Assembly: GCA_010093995.1 (NCBI GenBank)
Contig: ML992502.1
Location: 2,364,728 to 2,428,727, forward strand
Reading direction: 5' to 3'
DNA from: Elsinoe ampelina
Lineage: Eukaryota
DNA: 64,000 nucleotides
Under the pieces are notes generated by a model. It saw only the letters and a list, made by a program, of their open reading frames with translations, was not told where the DNA came from and did not search any database. Below, piece by piece: positions 11,271-22,000 of this stretch. Position numbers and translations under genes: made by a program. Every line of letters begins with the position of its first letter. Within the stretch, counting starts at the first letter, position 1.

Positions 11271-11522
11271 ACTACAACACGGGATGCGACTTTCCACCCC
11301 CGATTTTTACAACATCCATCCCCGGTTACACCAACATCCACCCCCGATTAATATATACAGGCCAAAAATTTTTTTCCTGCGACATCCTCGATTTTTACTC
11401 ACTACCCCCGATTAATAAGAAATTTTCCCCCGCGACATCCCCGGTTGCTCTCCTACATCCCCGATTTCTACGAAACTCACCCCCGATTATTATAACACCT
11501 CGCCGGGAGCAAGTGTCGTAGT
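11271..11522. repeat. Array of ~9 copies of a (C/A)CA(C/T)CCCCG(A/G)TT motif bracketed by an imperfect 10-bp inverted repeat
   Basis: Copies near 11294, 11316, 11338, 11382, 11402, 11425, 11435, 11455 and 11477; ACTACAACAC at 11271-11280 and GTGTCGTAGT at 11513-11522. Confidence 0.7.
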
Positions 11523-11549
11523 CCCGCCGTCCATCGTACCTTTCTACAT

Positions 11550-12941
11550 CTATGACGCACTGGTACTATCCGACCATTCTTTCTTCCACAACCACAACCA
11601 CCCGCCCCAGGTGTCGCTGCCCCAGCTACCCAAGATCCCAAACGGCGTCATGACCGCAGTCCAATCCCAATCAGTGTGGCCTCTTCCCCGGTAGTGTTTG
11701 CGCAGCTTCACAGTGCCGGTTTGGGTGCTGATAGCGCCTGTGAGCTCGAAATTGCCAACTGCATCAGAGCACGACGGTGCTGTCAGACCCCTGCATGCCG
11801 GCCCTGACATGGCTCCCAGTTCGGAATCTATACTGAATTGGATGCCGTGCATCATCGGGTCGATGCGGCCTGCGCCGTGGCCGCGCGAGTAGTCGTAGTA
11901 GCCTGTCCACTCGCCGGATGTGAGGAAGTCGGCTGATGTCATGATGTTAAGGTGAGGTGGCACAAATTCAGATGATGGAGGTGCTGGGTTGCCGTGCTTC
12001 TCTGCCTGGTAGGACTTTGAGAAAGGCTCGCGTTCGTATTTGAATCTGAAATAGGCATTTAGGTCGCTGTTACTCGGAAAGCGAAGCTTCTGCGCGAAAG
12101 GTGTCTCGATCTCAGCGAATTGCCAGAAGGGTATCTGAACAAGCGTGGGTGGCTCTGCATCACCATGCGAGGCGCGGCCTGTGCGAAGCTTTGTCCTCAA
12201 ATTGAAGGCAAATTGAGTAAGCGCAAGATTCGCTTGAAGCTGGTGGATGAACTTGTGATGGCCATTGTGCAGCCTCAAGGGCTTTTCCAGTTCCGTGAAG
12301 ACTTCGATTGACTGCGGCCAGAAGGAGAGTTCAGGGTAGTCCCCCTCGGACTCCTCCTCAGCTCGCCGAAGCAGTACGCACGTCGCGAATGTGACAGCGC
12401 GATGATTGAGGACACCCGTATCAATTGAATGATGAGCGAACTTGAGAAGCAGATCTAGCACGTGGACGCATTCTCCATAGATCCCATCAAACAGTGGGTG
12501 GCCAAGCATGGCGAGCTGTGGCAAGTAGTGCAAGCCGCGGAGAAGACGAAACTGGACGAGATTGAGGCATGTGTCATGGTGAATGCCAGGATATTCTTCG
12601 CCAGCAGCTTCCCTCGCTTCAGTGGCGTAGACAGGCAAATGGTTGTGAAGATCCCTGAGCAGCTCATCCGCAAGAGCCCCTCGTGCTGCTCTTGTGGCAA
12701 CTGTGCCACTTGTGACTTGAGCGCGATCGGCCCATGAAGGTAGCGAGGCCGTCGACTTATCCTGTCTCCCTCGATCGGTCGAATGATGTCGAATGATGGC
12801 TAGGTAGGTACCTTGAGCTGCGCAGAGGTTGTGGAACTGAGCGCAAACTTGGGAGAGCGTCAAGGCAGAACGCACCGAGCCCAGCTCGATGATGCGAACC
12901 TGTAGCTCAAGGGGGAGAGTAAGAAGAGAAGCCGAAGCCAT
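11550..12941 (-). CDS. F-box domain protein
   Basis: N-terminal LLTLPLELQVRIIE...LSQVCAQFHNL F-box-like motif; C-terminal GEWTGYY...WDWTAVMTPFGILGSWG...WLWLWK domain of a type seen in fungal F-box proteins; intronless 463 aa. Confidence 0.7.
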   Translation of the reverse strand: MASASLLTLPLELQVRIIELGSVRSALTLSQVCAQFHNLCAAQGTYLAIIRHHSTDRGRQDKSTASLPSWADRAQVTSGTVATRAARGALADELLRDLHNHLPVYATEAREAAGEEYPGIHHDTCLNLVQFRLLRGLHYLPQLAMLGHPLFDGIYGECVHVLDLLLKFAHHSIDTGVLNHRAVTFATCVLLRRAEEESEGDYPELSFWPQSIEVFTELEKPLRLHNGHHKFIHQLQANLALTQFAFNLRTKLRTGRASHGDAEPPTLVQIPFWQFAEIETPFAQKLRFPSNSDLNAYFRFKYEREPFSKSYQAEKHGNPAPPSSEFVPPHLNIMTSADFLTSGEWTGYYDYSRGHGAGRIDPMMHGIQFSIDSELGAMSGPACRGLTAPSCSDAVGNFELTGAISTQTGTVKLRKHYRGRGHTDWDWTAVMTPFGILGSWGSDTWGGWLWLWKKEWSDSTSAS

Positions 12942-13596
12942 GGAGGATCGCTGGTGTCTGGTGGTCGATGCTTTAAGTGACCGATTCCAAGAGTGATGAC
13001 TCGAGGTGGCAGTGGTCAGTGTAAAGTCTTCAAGGCATAAAAGAAAGGTTCTTATCCGCTAGAAAAGGTATGTTCAGTATACTTCAACTAATCATGTGGA
13101 ACAAGGAGAAGAAGAAAAGAACAGGAGCTGAATGACTCCGACTGCAGCCTTGCCTGAGCCTCGGTAGGACTCTGATGCAACGAGAGGGCGACTCTCGGTG
13201 TGTTCCAATGGGGACAACAGTCGGACAAGATTGATCATACACTGCACCAAGTCAATTGACAGCAAATTGTAGGTTAGTCGAGGATTGGAGAATGGATATG
13301 TGCGTTTATAGAGTGCTGTTGCCACTGACTCGCGCCGCGGAGCCGCGGGGGGGGCTTCGAAATTTCCGACACATTCACAAGCTGCCTTCTATTGCATCTG
13401 AGATTAGTTTCCTCTTACAGCACTTGATTGATCTTGGATCTGAGCACATACTCTCACTCAGCACGAGACTCGCCTATCCTCTTTCGAATGACATATACAG
13501 CTCGCATGCCGCGCAAGTTGTAGAAGGCTTGATCAGGGCAAGGCCTACAAGCGATCCTTTTGCGCCTCTACGCGAGCAGCCCCGAACATCGCCAGG

Positions 13597-16500
13597 ATGG
13601 ACGACCTCGCACAGCTTGAGCATCTATCGCTCATATCAGCCATATCCCGAGAGCTGCAGAACCATCTATCAATATCAGACTCCACCATAGCCGAATATGT
13701 GGTCGATCAATACACCAAGAGCTCCTCGCCCGCCGAATTCGCAGAGCAAATGACTGCGTTTGATTTCCCCGATTCGCTTACGGAGAGTGTCGGCAGGCTG
13801 ATCAAGACGATGCATCCAAAGTACAAAAGCAATAGGAGCAACGGCAACGGCGCGACAAAGGAAGAGAACGGCGATGCTCGGTCGAAGATGAGGGGACTGG
13901 CAATACCGGATCGAGAAGTTGAGGATGCTTCAGAGGATGAAGGCTTAGGAGCGATAGACGACACATTCGCGCTGCTGGAGGGACTAGCTCCTGGCAAACC
14001 GAAAGACACAAATGGACGAAAGAGGAGCGCAAGTCCAGACCGGAAAGATGGCGGGAGGGAGAAGAAGCACCGCAAGCGTTCCAGATCTAGGTCACGATCA
14101 AGAGACAGGAATGGAGGCAAGGATGACTATCTATTCGAAGACGACCTCGGGCGGACGCGACCATGGAGAGCGAATGGACGGGACACAAATGGCAAAGATC
14201 GAGACCGGAAAGGTCGGGGTAGAGACAGGTACGAGCGCGCGCCGACCCCGGAGATGGACGACGAGCCTGTGGTATACAAGGTCTACGAAGGGCGAGTCAC
14301 TGGCGTCAAGGACTTTGGCGTGTTCGTCAACCTGTATGGCGTGAAGGGCCGCGTGGATGGTCTAGTCCATGTCTCAGCAATGGCAGAGGGAAAGGTAAAT
14401 CACCCCTCGGATCTGGTGTCACGAAATCAGGAAGTCCGCGTCAAGGTCATGAAGGTGCAAGACAAGCGCATCTCACTTTCTATGGCAGAGGTGGATCAGC
14501 AGACCGGTGAAGATCTTGCGCCTCATCGTCGGATCAATGCTGCAGCCAGTGGCGCCAACGCATTTCAGCTTGGAGGTGAGCCAACGGGAATGGACCGCAA
14601 TGGCAACTTTACCACTGGCGTACCGGTTGTGGATGGTCAGAACGGAGCCGGTCGAGGTGGCCGAAGGAAGAGGATGACATCTCCCGAGCGATGGGAGATA
14701 CAGCAGCTCATAGCATCTGGGGCATTGAAAGCTTCCGACTTTCCCGAGCTGTACGAGGACCACCACAGATCTGCTGATCGCATAGAGGAACTCGAGGAAG
14801 AAGACGTTGACATCGAAGTCCGAGAGGAAGAGCCGCCCTTCTTACAAGGACAGACTAAGCAGAGTCTAGAGCTGAGTCCTATTCGCGTGGTCAAGGCGCC
14901 CGATGGCAGTCTGAATCGAGCAGCGATGCAAGGTGATGTACTCGCGAAGGAGAGACGAGATCTGCGAGCCGAAGAGATGCGGGACAAGGCTGCAAAGCAA
15001 GCAGGTGAAGTCGACCTTCAAGCGCAGTGGGCAGATCCTATGGTGCGACCCGAAGATCGCAAATTTGCTTCCGACATACGACAGCAGGCACAAAGAGGCA
15101 ACGAAGAGGAGCCAGAATGGAAGAAGGTGTCGAAAGGGAAGGGTGTGAGCTTTGGCAAGAGGACAAGCCTAAGTATGAAAGAGCAGCGCGAGACTCTTCC
15201 CGCCTTCAAGATGCGAAAGCAGTTCCTGGATGCTGTGAACGAGTACCAACTGCTTATTGTCGTTGGTGACACCGGATCTGGCAAAACGACACAACTTACG
15301 CAGTACCTGGCGGAAGGCGGCTTTGCAAACACTGGCATGATCGGATGCACTCAGCCGAGACGTGTTGCAGCTATGAGCGTGGCTCAGCGTGTTGCTGACG
15401 AGGTTGGATGCCGCTTGGGTGAAGAAGTCGGTTACACCATCCGATTCGAAGACAAGAGCAACCAGGACACGAAGATCAAATACATGACCGACGGTATCCT
15501 GCAGCGAGAAATTCTGCTCGACCCGACACTTAGCAAGTACTCGGTCATCATGCTGGACGAGGCTCACGAAAGGACGATCGCAACTGATGTGCTCTTTGGG
15601 CTGCTCAAAAAGACACTGAAGAAGCGACCTGATCTCAAGCTCATCGTCACTTCGGCCACGCTGGATGCCGACAAGTTCTCCGAATACTTCAATCAATGCC
15701 CAATCCTGACAATCCCGGGTCGTACATTCCCGGTCGAGATCATGTATTCAAGAGAGCCAGAATCGGATTACCTGGACTCGGCGCTCACGACAGCCATGCA
15801 GATTCATCTCACGGAGCCACCTGGAGATATCCTACTCTTCCTTACTGGTAAAGAAGAAATTGATACTTCGTGCGAGATCCTCCACGAGCGCATGAAAGCA
15901 CTTGGACCATCTGTACCAGAGCTTGAGATTCTGCCCATCTATGGTGCTCTACCGTCTGAGATCGCTTCTCGCATCTTCGAACCGCCTCCACCAGGTGGTC
16001 GCAAGATTGTCATTGCCACAAATATTGCCGAGACATCGATTACGATTGATGGTATCTACTTCGTCATTGATCCTGGTTTCGTCAAGCAGACTGCGTACGA
16101 CGCCAAACTGGGCATGGACCGCCTGCAAGTAACACCCATTTCACAAGCTCAAGCAAAGCAACGAGCTGGCAGAGCAGGTCGGACAGGTCCAGGAAAGTGT
16201 TTTCGTCTGTATACGGAGACTGCTTACCAGACAGAGATGCTGCCTACCACGATCCCTGAGATTCAACGGCAAAACTTGTCCAACACTATTCTCATGTTGA
16301 AAGCAATGGGCATCAACGATCTGCTGCACTTCGACTTCATGGACCCACCGCCTGTCAATACCATGCTTACAGCATTGGAAGAACTCTATGCGCTCTCGGC
16401 GCTCGATGAAGAAGGTCTTCTCACTCGACTTGGTCGTCGAATGGCCGACTTTCCCATGGAACCAGCACTTGCCAAATCACTAATCATGTCGATTGATCTA

Positions 16501-17196
16501 GGCTGCTCAGACGAGCTTCTGTCTATCGTTGCCATGATTTCCGCCACTCAATCTGTCTTCTACCGACCGAAAGATAAGCAATCGCAGGCCGACCAAAAGA
16601 AGGCCAAATTCCACGACCCGTCTGGTGACCACTTGACGCTACTCAATGTGTATCAAGCATGGCTGCGGCAGCGCAAGAGTGACGCCTGGTGCCAAGAGAA
16701 TTTCATCGTACCCCGATCAATGAAGCGTGCGGAGGATGTGCGGAAACAATTAGTCCAGATCCTGGAGCGACACAAGCTACGAATCGTCAGCTGTGGGCGA
16801 GATACCCTCCGTGTCCGACAAGCACTCTGCTCTGGCTTCTTCCGATCCAGTGCTCGTAAGGACCCGACGGAAGGCTACAAGACGCTTGTTGAGGGTACAC
16901 CGGTGTACATGCATCCCAGCAGTGCTCTATGGGGCAAGAACGCCGAGTACGTGGTGTATCACAGCTTGGTGGAGACCACAAGAGAGTACATGCACGTCGT
17001 AAGCGCTATTGAGCCGAAGTGGCTTGTCGAGCTGGCACCTACTTTCTTCAAGGTGGCAGGACGAGAGGGCGGGTTGAGTAAGAGGCAGAAGGCGGAACGC
17101 ATCAAGCCGTTGGCAGGCAGAGGTGGTGATGGAGACGAGTGGCGGCTCAGTGCCCAGCGTAAGCAGGGCAGGAGCGGTGGCGGCACTTGGGGATGA
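13597..17196 (+). CDS. PRP22: Pre-mRNA-splicing DEAH-box ATP-dependent RNA helicase Prp22 (DHX8)
   Basis: RS-rich region, S1 domain (VYEGRVTGVKDFGVFV), SPERWEIQQL, GDTGSGKT, TQPRRVAA, DEAH, SAT, QRAGRAGR; 1199 aa. Confidence 0.97.
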   Translation: MDDLAQLEHLSLISAISRELQNHLSISDSTIAEYVVDQYTKSSSPAEFAEQMTAFDFPDSLTESVGRLIKTMHPKYKSNRSNGNGATKEENGDARSKMRGLAIPDREVEDASEDEGLGAIDDTFALLEGLAPGKPKDTNGRKRSASPDRKDGGREKKHRKRSRSRSRSRDRNGGKDDYLFEDDLGRTRPWRANGRDTNGKDRDRKGRGRDRYERAPTPEMDDEPVVYKVYEGRVTGVKDFGVFVNLYGVKGRVDGLVHVSAMAEGKVNHPSDLVSRNQEVRVKVMKVQDKRISLSMAEVDQQTGEDLAPHRRINAAASGANAFQLGGEPTGMDRNGNFTTGVPVVDGQNGAGRGGRRKRMTSPERWEIQQLIASGALKASDFPELYEDHHRSADRIEELEEEDVDIEVREEEPPFLQGQTKQSLELSPIRVVKAPDGSLNRAAMQGDVLAKERRDLRAEEMRDKAAKQAGEVDLQAQWADPMVRPEDRKFASDIRQQAQRGNEEEPEWKKVSKGKGVSFGKRTSLSMKEQRETLPAFKMRKQFLDAVNEYQLLIVVGDTGSGKTTQLTQYLAEGGFANTGMIGCTQPRRVAAMSVAQRVADEVGCRLGEEVGYTIRFEDKSNQDTKIKYMTDGILQREILLDPTLSKYSVIMLDEAHERTIATDVLFGLLKKTLKKRPDLKLIVTSATLDADKFSEYFNQCPILTIPGRTFPVEIMYSREPESDYLDSALTTAMQIHLTEPPGDILLFLTGKEEIDTSCEILHERMKALGPSVPELEILPIYGALPSEIASRIFEPPPPGGRKIVIATNIAETSITIDGIYFVIDPGFVKQTAYDAKLGMDRLQVTPISQAQAKQRAGRAGRTGPGKCFRLYTETAYQTEMLPTTIPEIQRQNLSNTILMLKAMGINDLLHFDFMDPPPVNTMLTALEELYALSALDEEGLLTRLGRRMADFPMEPALAKSLIMSIDLGCSDELLSIVAMISATQSVFYRPKDKQSQADQKKAKFHDPSGDHLTLLNVYQAWLRQRKSDAWCQENFIVPRSMKRAEDVRKQLVQILERHKLRIVSCGRDTLRVRQALCSGFFRSSARKDPTEGYKTLVEGTPVYMHPSSALWGKNAEYVVYHSLVETTREYMHVVSAIEPKWLVELAPTFFKVAGREGGLSKRQKAERIKPLAGRGGDGDEWRLSAQRKQGRSGGGTWG

Positions 17197-17817
17197 TCTC
17201 AGCGCGCTATCGGTACATATCTGGCTAGATCAGACCGGAGATAGTGCAAGTGAAATGAACATGATGTCGGCACTTGAAGGGTTTACCCGGGTTGTGCTTC
17301 TGCGGCTCTTGCCATGACATGCATCCCACCAAACTCTGATCTGCGCACGATTACTCAGCAACCAGGTCCAGAACGATCAATGTTTCCAAGCGCAAGGATC
17401 GCGATACATGCATCTGACCATAAGCGCCAATTCACGTTATTGAATTTATCTACGCCACGCTGTCAAAGGCAATACGCGGTGCCTTGCTCGTCCATGCGGT
17501 GTCAATCGCAGCACATATTACGCCCAAAGTACTGTACTGCAGCCAAGCAGGACCTCGAGCTGAGGTCCACGGTGTGATGGAACTCGACCAAAAAGGAGGG
17601 GTCTTTTCCCGCCCCACCTTTCACGTCATGATCGATCAAAAAAAATGAGAGCAGGCGATGCGTTCCTGACCAAGCAACCTCGAGGGTCAGTGAGCTATCG
17701 GCCCATCTTTGTCAGGTATAAGTACCTCTTTCATCTCTACCACCGACCCCAGACAAATTATACCATCTTGTGATCAATTCCTACACTTACCCACAGAACA
17801 TCTACAGAACACCCACA

Positions 17818-19012
17818 ATGGCGCCCTCCACTCAAAAGCAATGGACCGTCCAAGGCAAAGGCAACTTTGACAACCTCAAATTCAACGAATCCGCCCCGGT
17901 CCCGAAAGTAGGAGACAACGACGTCCTCGTCCGCTGTACGTCCCCTCCCCCATCCCCTCCCCTCCCCTCCCCCTCCTGCCCCCACTAACCCCCCTCCCCC
18001 AGTCCACGGCGCCTCCCTCAACTACCGCGACCTCATCATCCCCAAAGGCCTGTACCCCTTCCCCCAACGCGACGGCGTAGTGCCCTGCTCCGACGGCGCC
18101 GGCACCGTCGACAGCGTCGGCCCCAAAGTAACCCAATTCAAACCAGGCGACAAAGTCATCACGCTCTTCAACCAAGGCCACCTCTCCGGGCCCATCGACG
18201 CGCGCGGCATCGGCGGCGGCGTCGGCGGCGTCGTCGACGGCGCGCTGCAGCAGTACGGCGTCTACGAGCAGCACGGACTGGTGCACATGCCGGGGAACCT
18301 GGACTTTCTGGAAGGCGCGACGTTGTGTTGCGCCGGGTTGACGGCGTGGAATGCCTTGTACGGGGTGGATGGGAAGAGGCTCATGCCGGGCCAGTGGGTG
18401 TTGACGCAGGGGACGGGAGGGGTGAGTGTTTTTGCTGTGCAGGTGGGTTTTTTTTCCCCCTCCCTTTTCCTTTGTCAGGGGTGTAAAGCTTGGGGCGTGC
18501 CAGGGGTACTGATGGGGTGATAGTTCGCCAAAGCGGCTGGCGCGAGGGTCATTGCGACGACCTCTTCGCCGGAGAAGGCGGAGAGGTTGAAGGAGTTGGG
18601 CGCCGATCATGTGATTAACTACAAGGAGGATACGAATTGGGGGGAGACGGCGAAGAATCTCACCGGTGGCGTGGGCGTGGACCATGTCCTTGAAGTGGGA
18701 GGGCCGAATACGTTGAACAATTCGCTCAATGCGATCAAGATGGAGGGTGTGATCAGTATCATTGGGTTCCTCGGCGGGTTCAAGGCTGAGAGCCAACCCA
18801 CGATGTTGGATGCGCTGATGAAGCTGGCTCATGTGAGGGGCCTGCTTGTCGGGAGCAGGCAGCAGTTTGAGGATATGAATCGGGCGGTGGAGGCGAATGA
18901 TATCCATCCGGTGGTGGATAAGAGTGTGTTCAAGTTGGAGAAGGCGAGGGATGCGTATGAGTATCAGGCTGCGCAGAAGCATTTTGGTAAGGTTTGTATT
19001 GAGATTGATTAG
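17818..19012 (+). CDS. Medium-chain dehydrogenase/reductase (zinc-type alcohol dehydrogenase-like / quinone oxidoreductase), 2 introns
   Basis: ASLNYRDL, PCSDGAG, CAGLTAWNAL, QGTGGVS, LGADHVINY, HFGKVCI. Introns approx 17936-18002 and 18443-18522. Confidence 0.9.
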
Positions 19013-19108
19013 GCGATCATGAAAACAGATGATTGTAAATAGATAGTGGAATGGCAACATGTCCGTCCTGTCAGCCATCTTTCGTGAAGCGATTACCTCG
19101 CTGTATGC

Positions 19109-21739
19109 CTAGTACAGCATCATCTCCCCTTCATCATCGAGCAGCATGTCATCTCCATCCGCCACACCTTCCAACACACGAGATGTCCCAATGGGCTCAG
19201 CAGCGATCCACCTCTGATCTAGCACACTCCCTACCCGTGCCACCAGTCTCTCGCCCAGTAATAGTCCCCACGCCCCATCCCGCTCCTCGGTACTCATCAT
19301 CACAAATCTCGCCGTCCCGGACATCCTCGGCCCGCCAGAAGCGACCACGACCGCGGCAGCAAAGGCATTCAACCCCGCCTCTCTAAGCCATACTTCCTGC
19401 ACCGTCTCATCTCCCAGCCTGTTTGCCAGCTCCGACGACAGCGAATTTGCTCTGCCAATCCGGCACGTCTTCGCCACTGCCCAGCGCGCTAGCTCTGCTT
19501 CACCGCCTGGCACAAAGATCACCTCGACGGTGCAGCTGAGATTGGCGCCCAAGTTCGTCAGGGCATTGAGTGCCATTGCATCACTCCCGTCCAGTCCGCG
19601 AGATGGTGCTGCGGTGTCGGAATAGGATGTAGGCAGACCCTCGCTGACCAGCACGACGAGGTGTTCATATCGTGAATTCAACGATAAGATCCGGCTGTGT
19701 ACCGTGTTGAGCTGGCTCTCGGATCCAGGAAGCGGACGCTGTTTGATTTGCTGCAGCGTGGTGAGGACGATGCCACTCGATGGTGTGGGAAGAAGATCGG
19801 CTTCTTGATGTGCGCTGAGATCGCGCTCGAGAAAGGTCGTGGTGTGTAGTTGCGTGCGGATCAGGCTTGTCAGATTACGAGACGAGAGGAGGGTGGTGGA
19901 GATAAAAAGGTGGAGAGGGGCGGCACTGAGGTCGATGGATGGTTGAGGATGAGCTGGCAGGGGAGCGATGTTCGACGTGTGTGGTAAACTCGCAAGGGCT
20001 GGAGCCATCGCCGGAGTTGGCGTCTTCGGGCGGTTGATGAGCTGGCGATTTTCATTGCTGCGGGAAGGCGGACGCTGGTCCCTTTGACCTGTTTGAAGAT
20101 GGAAGAAGCTGTTGATTCCGTTGTTTGCGCCGAGAGATGGCGGGGGCTGTTGCAAGGTCTGAAGAGCGCGTCTACGGAGCGCCTCCATGAGAAGCGGTGA
20201 ATTTGGCCGTCGCCTCTTCTCCAGTACCAAGGTCGATATCTCCAATTCCCGAGGGTCAAAGGGAGCGGGCTCCAGGTCTTCGTCGTCCTGGCAGGTATCA
20301 TCAAGAATACGCAGACCTTCTGGCTTCCAGAAATAGCCATCCAGACTTACATCAAAGACAGTCAAAGACGTCATGTACTCACTCCGCCCATCTACCAGCA
20401 GGTCATCCTTGAATAAATCTTCTCGGCCAATGTGCGGGACAGGTATCCATTGTAGCTTATAATCTGCCGCATTGTGCCTCCATCTGATCTCTGACACATC
20501 TAGACTATTCTTGATGGTGGACAATAGCGGCCGTTGTAGATTCGTGGTTTTGCAGTGGCTTCTGCTCTGCACGTCCCATGGAGCCACCGGGCAGTGTGGT
20601 GGGAGCGATGGCACGAACATTCGTCTGGTAGTATCTGCTTCCTGAAGTTGCTCGTTCTCGACGGCGCTAATGGCAGGGTGGGCTAGGTCTACAAAGTCGT
20701 TGAAGACCTTCTCAAAGTCCACGGCAGAGTCAGAGGCCTGACTGAGTTGAAGCGCTGGATCATCCTTGCACACCACTTCGTCAAAGCGGACTTTCTTGAA
20801 GGGCGGACTCGAGCTGCCGGCCGGTAGTAGTGGCGTATCGAGTCTGAAATCATCTGGTCGTGCTCGTTTGAAAGGAGATAGTGGTGCGTATAGCTCAGCG
20901 TCGTCAGTGCTGGTGGGGAAATAGACCGACGTCAGGGCCGATTCGATCGGTTCGCTGTGAGAGAAGGGTAACAGAGCTTCATCCTCATTGATTGCCTGTT
21001 CGACAGCTTTCAGTGCAGAGTCCGCAGGATTCTCTGGCGTCGAAGTGAAAGGGACATCATAGTCGTTTTCATCGAGCAAGGTGGATGATAGCGTTGGCGA
21101 CAGCGGTAGGATTGGCGACGGTATGCGCAGAGTCGATCTGCCAACGTACTGAAAAGTAGTGTCAGGCACAGCCAGCATCACAGGCTTGATAGCATCCTTG
21201 AGGAATGTCAGACTCGCATCGGTAATTTGCAGCTTCTCACTCGAAGCTCTTTTCGCTGTCTGATCTGCTACGCTCTTGTCCAAGAGTCGCCAGTCGAGAG
21301 ATTGTTCATGTGGCAAGGGTTCTTGTGGCAGGGACTGGGCGACCGATTTCAGGTCAATCTGGCTCGAGTGTGCTTTACTTGAGAACAGCTGAAGATCGAG
21401 CCTGTCGTCACTTCGAAGGATCGGTAGTTCCAGTTTGAAGTCCCGACATCGCTGTATAATTGGCCCATCGTCAAGGCCGACTTCCAAGCTGGGCTTGACA
21501 ATGTCTCGCAGGAAGGCTGCCGCGGAGCTGGGGATGGACCAGCGTTCGCTCGAGGATACAGGTAGAATGTGGTGCTGCAGGATCTCAGGAAGCTTTCCAT
21601 TGTCGAAGAGATTATAGTGCACAAAGTCGAGGTCCACCGGTGGGACAGCGAGCTGGTCGAATACCGAGTCGGCATTATAGTCTCGACTCAGCCCGTTGTT
21701 TCGAGCGTACTGCAATAGAGATAGCTCGTTGTCATTCAT
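19109..21739 (-). CDS. Zip2/SHOC1-like meiotic protein with C-terminal inactive XPF/ERCC4-like and HhH region
   Basis: Probable start MNDNELSLLQYARNNGL. C-terminal FLERDL...EADLL...GIVLTTLQQIKQRPLPG...RYEHLVVLVSE and ETVQEVWLREAGLNAFAA resemble the ERCC4-like/HhH module of Zip2 orthologues (recalled, not searched). Confidence 0.6.
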   Translation of the reverse strand: MNDNELSLLQYARNNGLSRDYNADSVFDQLAVPPVDLDFVHYNLFDNGKLPEILQHHILPVSSSERWSIPSSAAAFLRDIVKPSLEVGLDDGPIIQRCRDFKLELPILRSDDRLDLQLFSSKAHSSQIDLKSVAQSLPQEPLPHEQSLDWRLLDKSVADQTAKRASSEKLQITDASLTFLKDAIKPVMLAVPDTTFQYVGRSTLRIPSPILPLSPTLSSTLLDENDYDVPFTSTPENPADSALKAVEQAINEDEALLPFSHSEPIESALTSVYFPTSTDDAELYAPLSPFKRARPDDFRLDTPLLPAGSSSPPFKKVRFDEVVCKDDPALQLSQASDSAVDFEKVFNDFVDLAHPAISAVENEQLQEADTTRRMFVPSLPPHCPVAPWDVQSRSHCKTTNLQRPLLSTIKNSLDVSEIRWRHNAADYKLQWIPVPHIGREDLFKDDLLVDGRSEYMTSLTVFDVSLDGYFWKPEGLRILDDTCQDDEDLEPAPFDPRELEISTLVLEKRRRPNSPLLMEALRRRALQTLQQPPPSLGANNGINSFFHLQTGQRDQRPPSRSNENRQLINRPKTPTPAMAPALASLPHTSNIAPLPAHPQPSIDLSAAPLHLFISTTLLSSRNLTSLIRTQLHTTTFLERDLSAHQEADLLPTPSSGIVLTTLQQIKQRPLPGSESQLNTVHSRILSLNSRYEHLVVLVSEGLPTSYSDTAAPSRGLDGSDAMALNALTNLGANLSCTVEVIFVPGGEAELARWAVAKTCRIGRANSLSSELANRLGDETVQEVWLREAGLNAFAAAVVVASGGPRMSGTARFVMMSTEERDGAWGLLLGERLVARVGSVLDQRWIAAEPIGTSRVLEGVADGDDMLLDDEGEMMLY

Positions 21740-22000
21740 GGCTCGTACGGACCGACAGAATGTGTTGCTTTCGGGGTTGCGATGTTGTGGTGGAGAGGTT
21801 GATTCATCAGCCAAGCTTTGTTTGCATGTCTCTGGGGTATCATAATCTATGGAGCTGCTAGCAGAAGCCAACCCAGTCAGCATCTGCCATATTCGCCTTC
21901 ACAAGACCTCTGTGCTTACATGGATGCCACGACTCTTCGCCATGTCTCGAATATTGTTACAAACGTGTGTATTTGACCAATGCCGGCCCATGCAATCTCA

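Noticed and set aside
11271..11522. CRISPR-like repeat-spacer appearance
   Set aside because: Repeats are ~12 bp and degenerate, spacers ~10 bp, the context is eukaryotic and there are no cas genes.
17882..19078. 398-aa minus-strand ORF
   Set aside because: Antisense shadow of the spliced MDR dehydrogenase gene.
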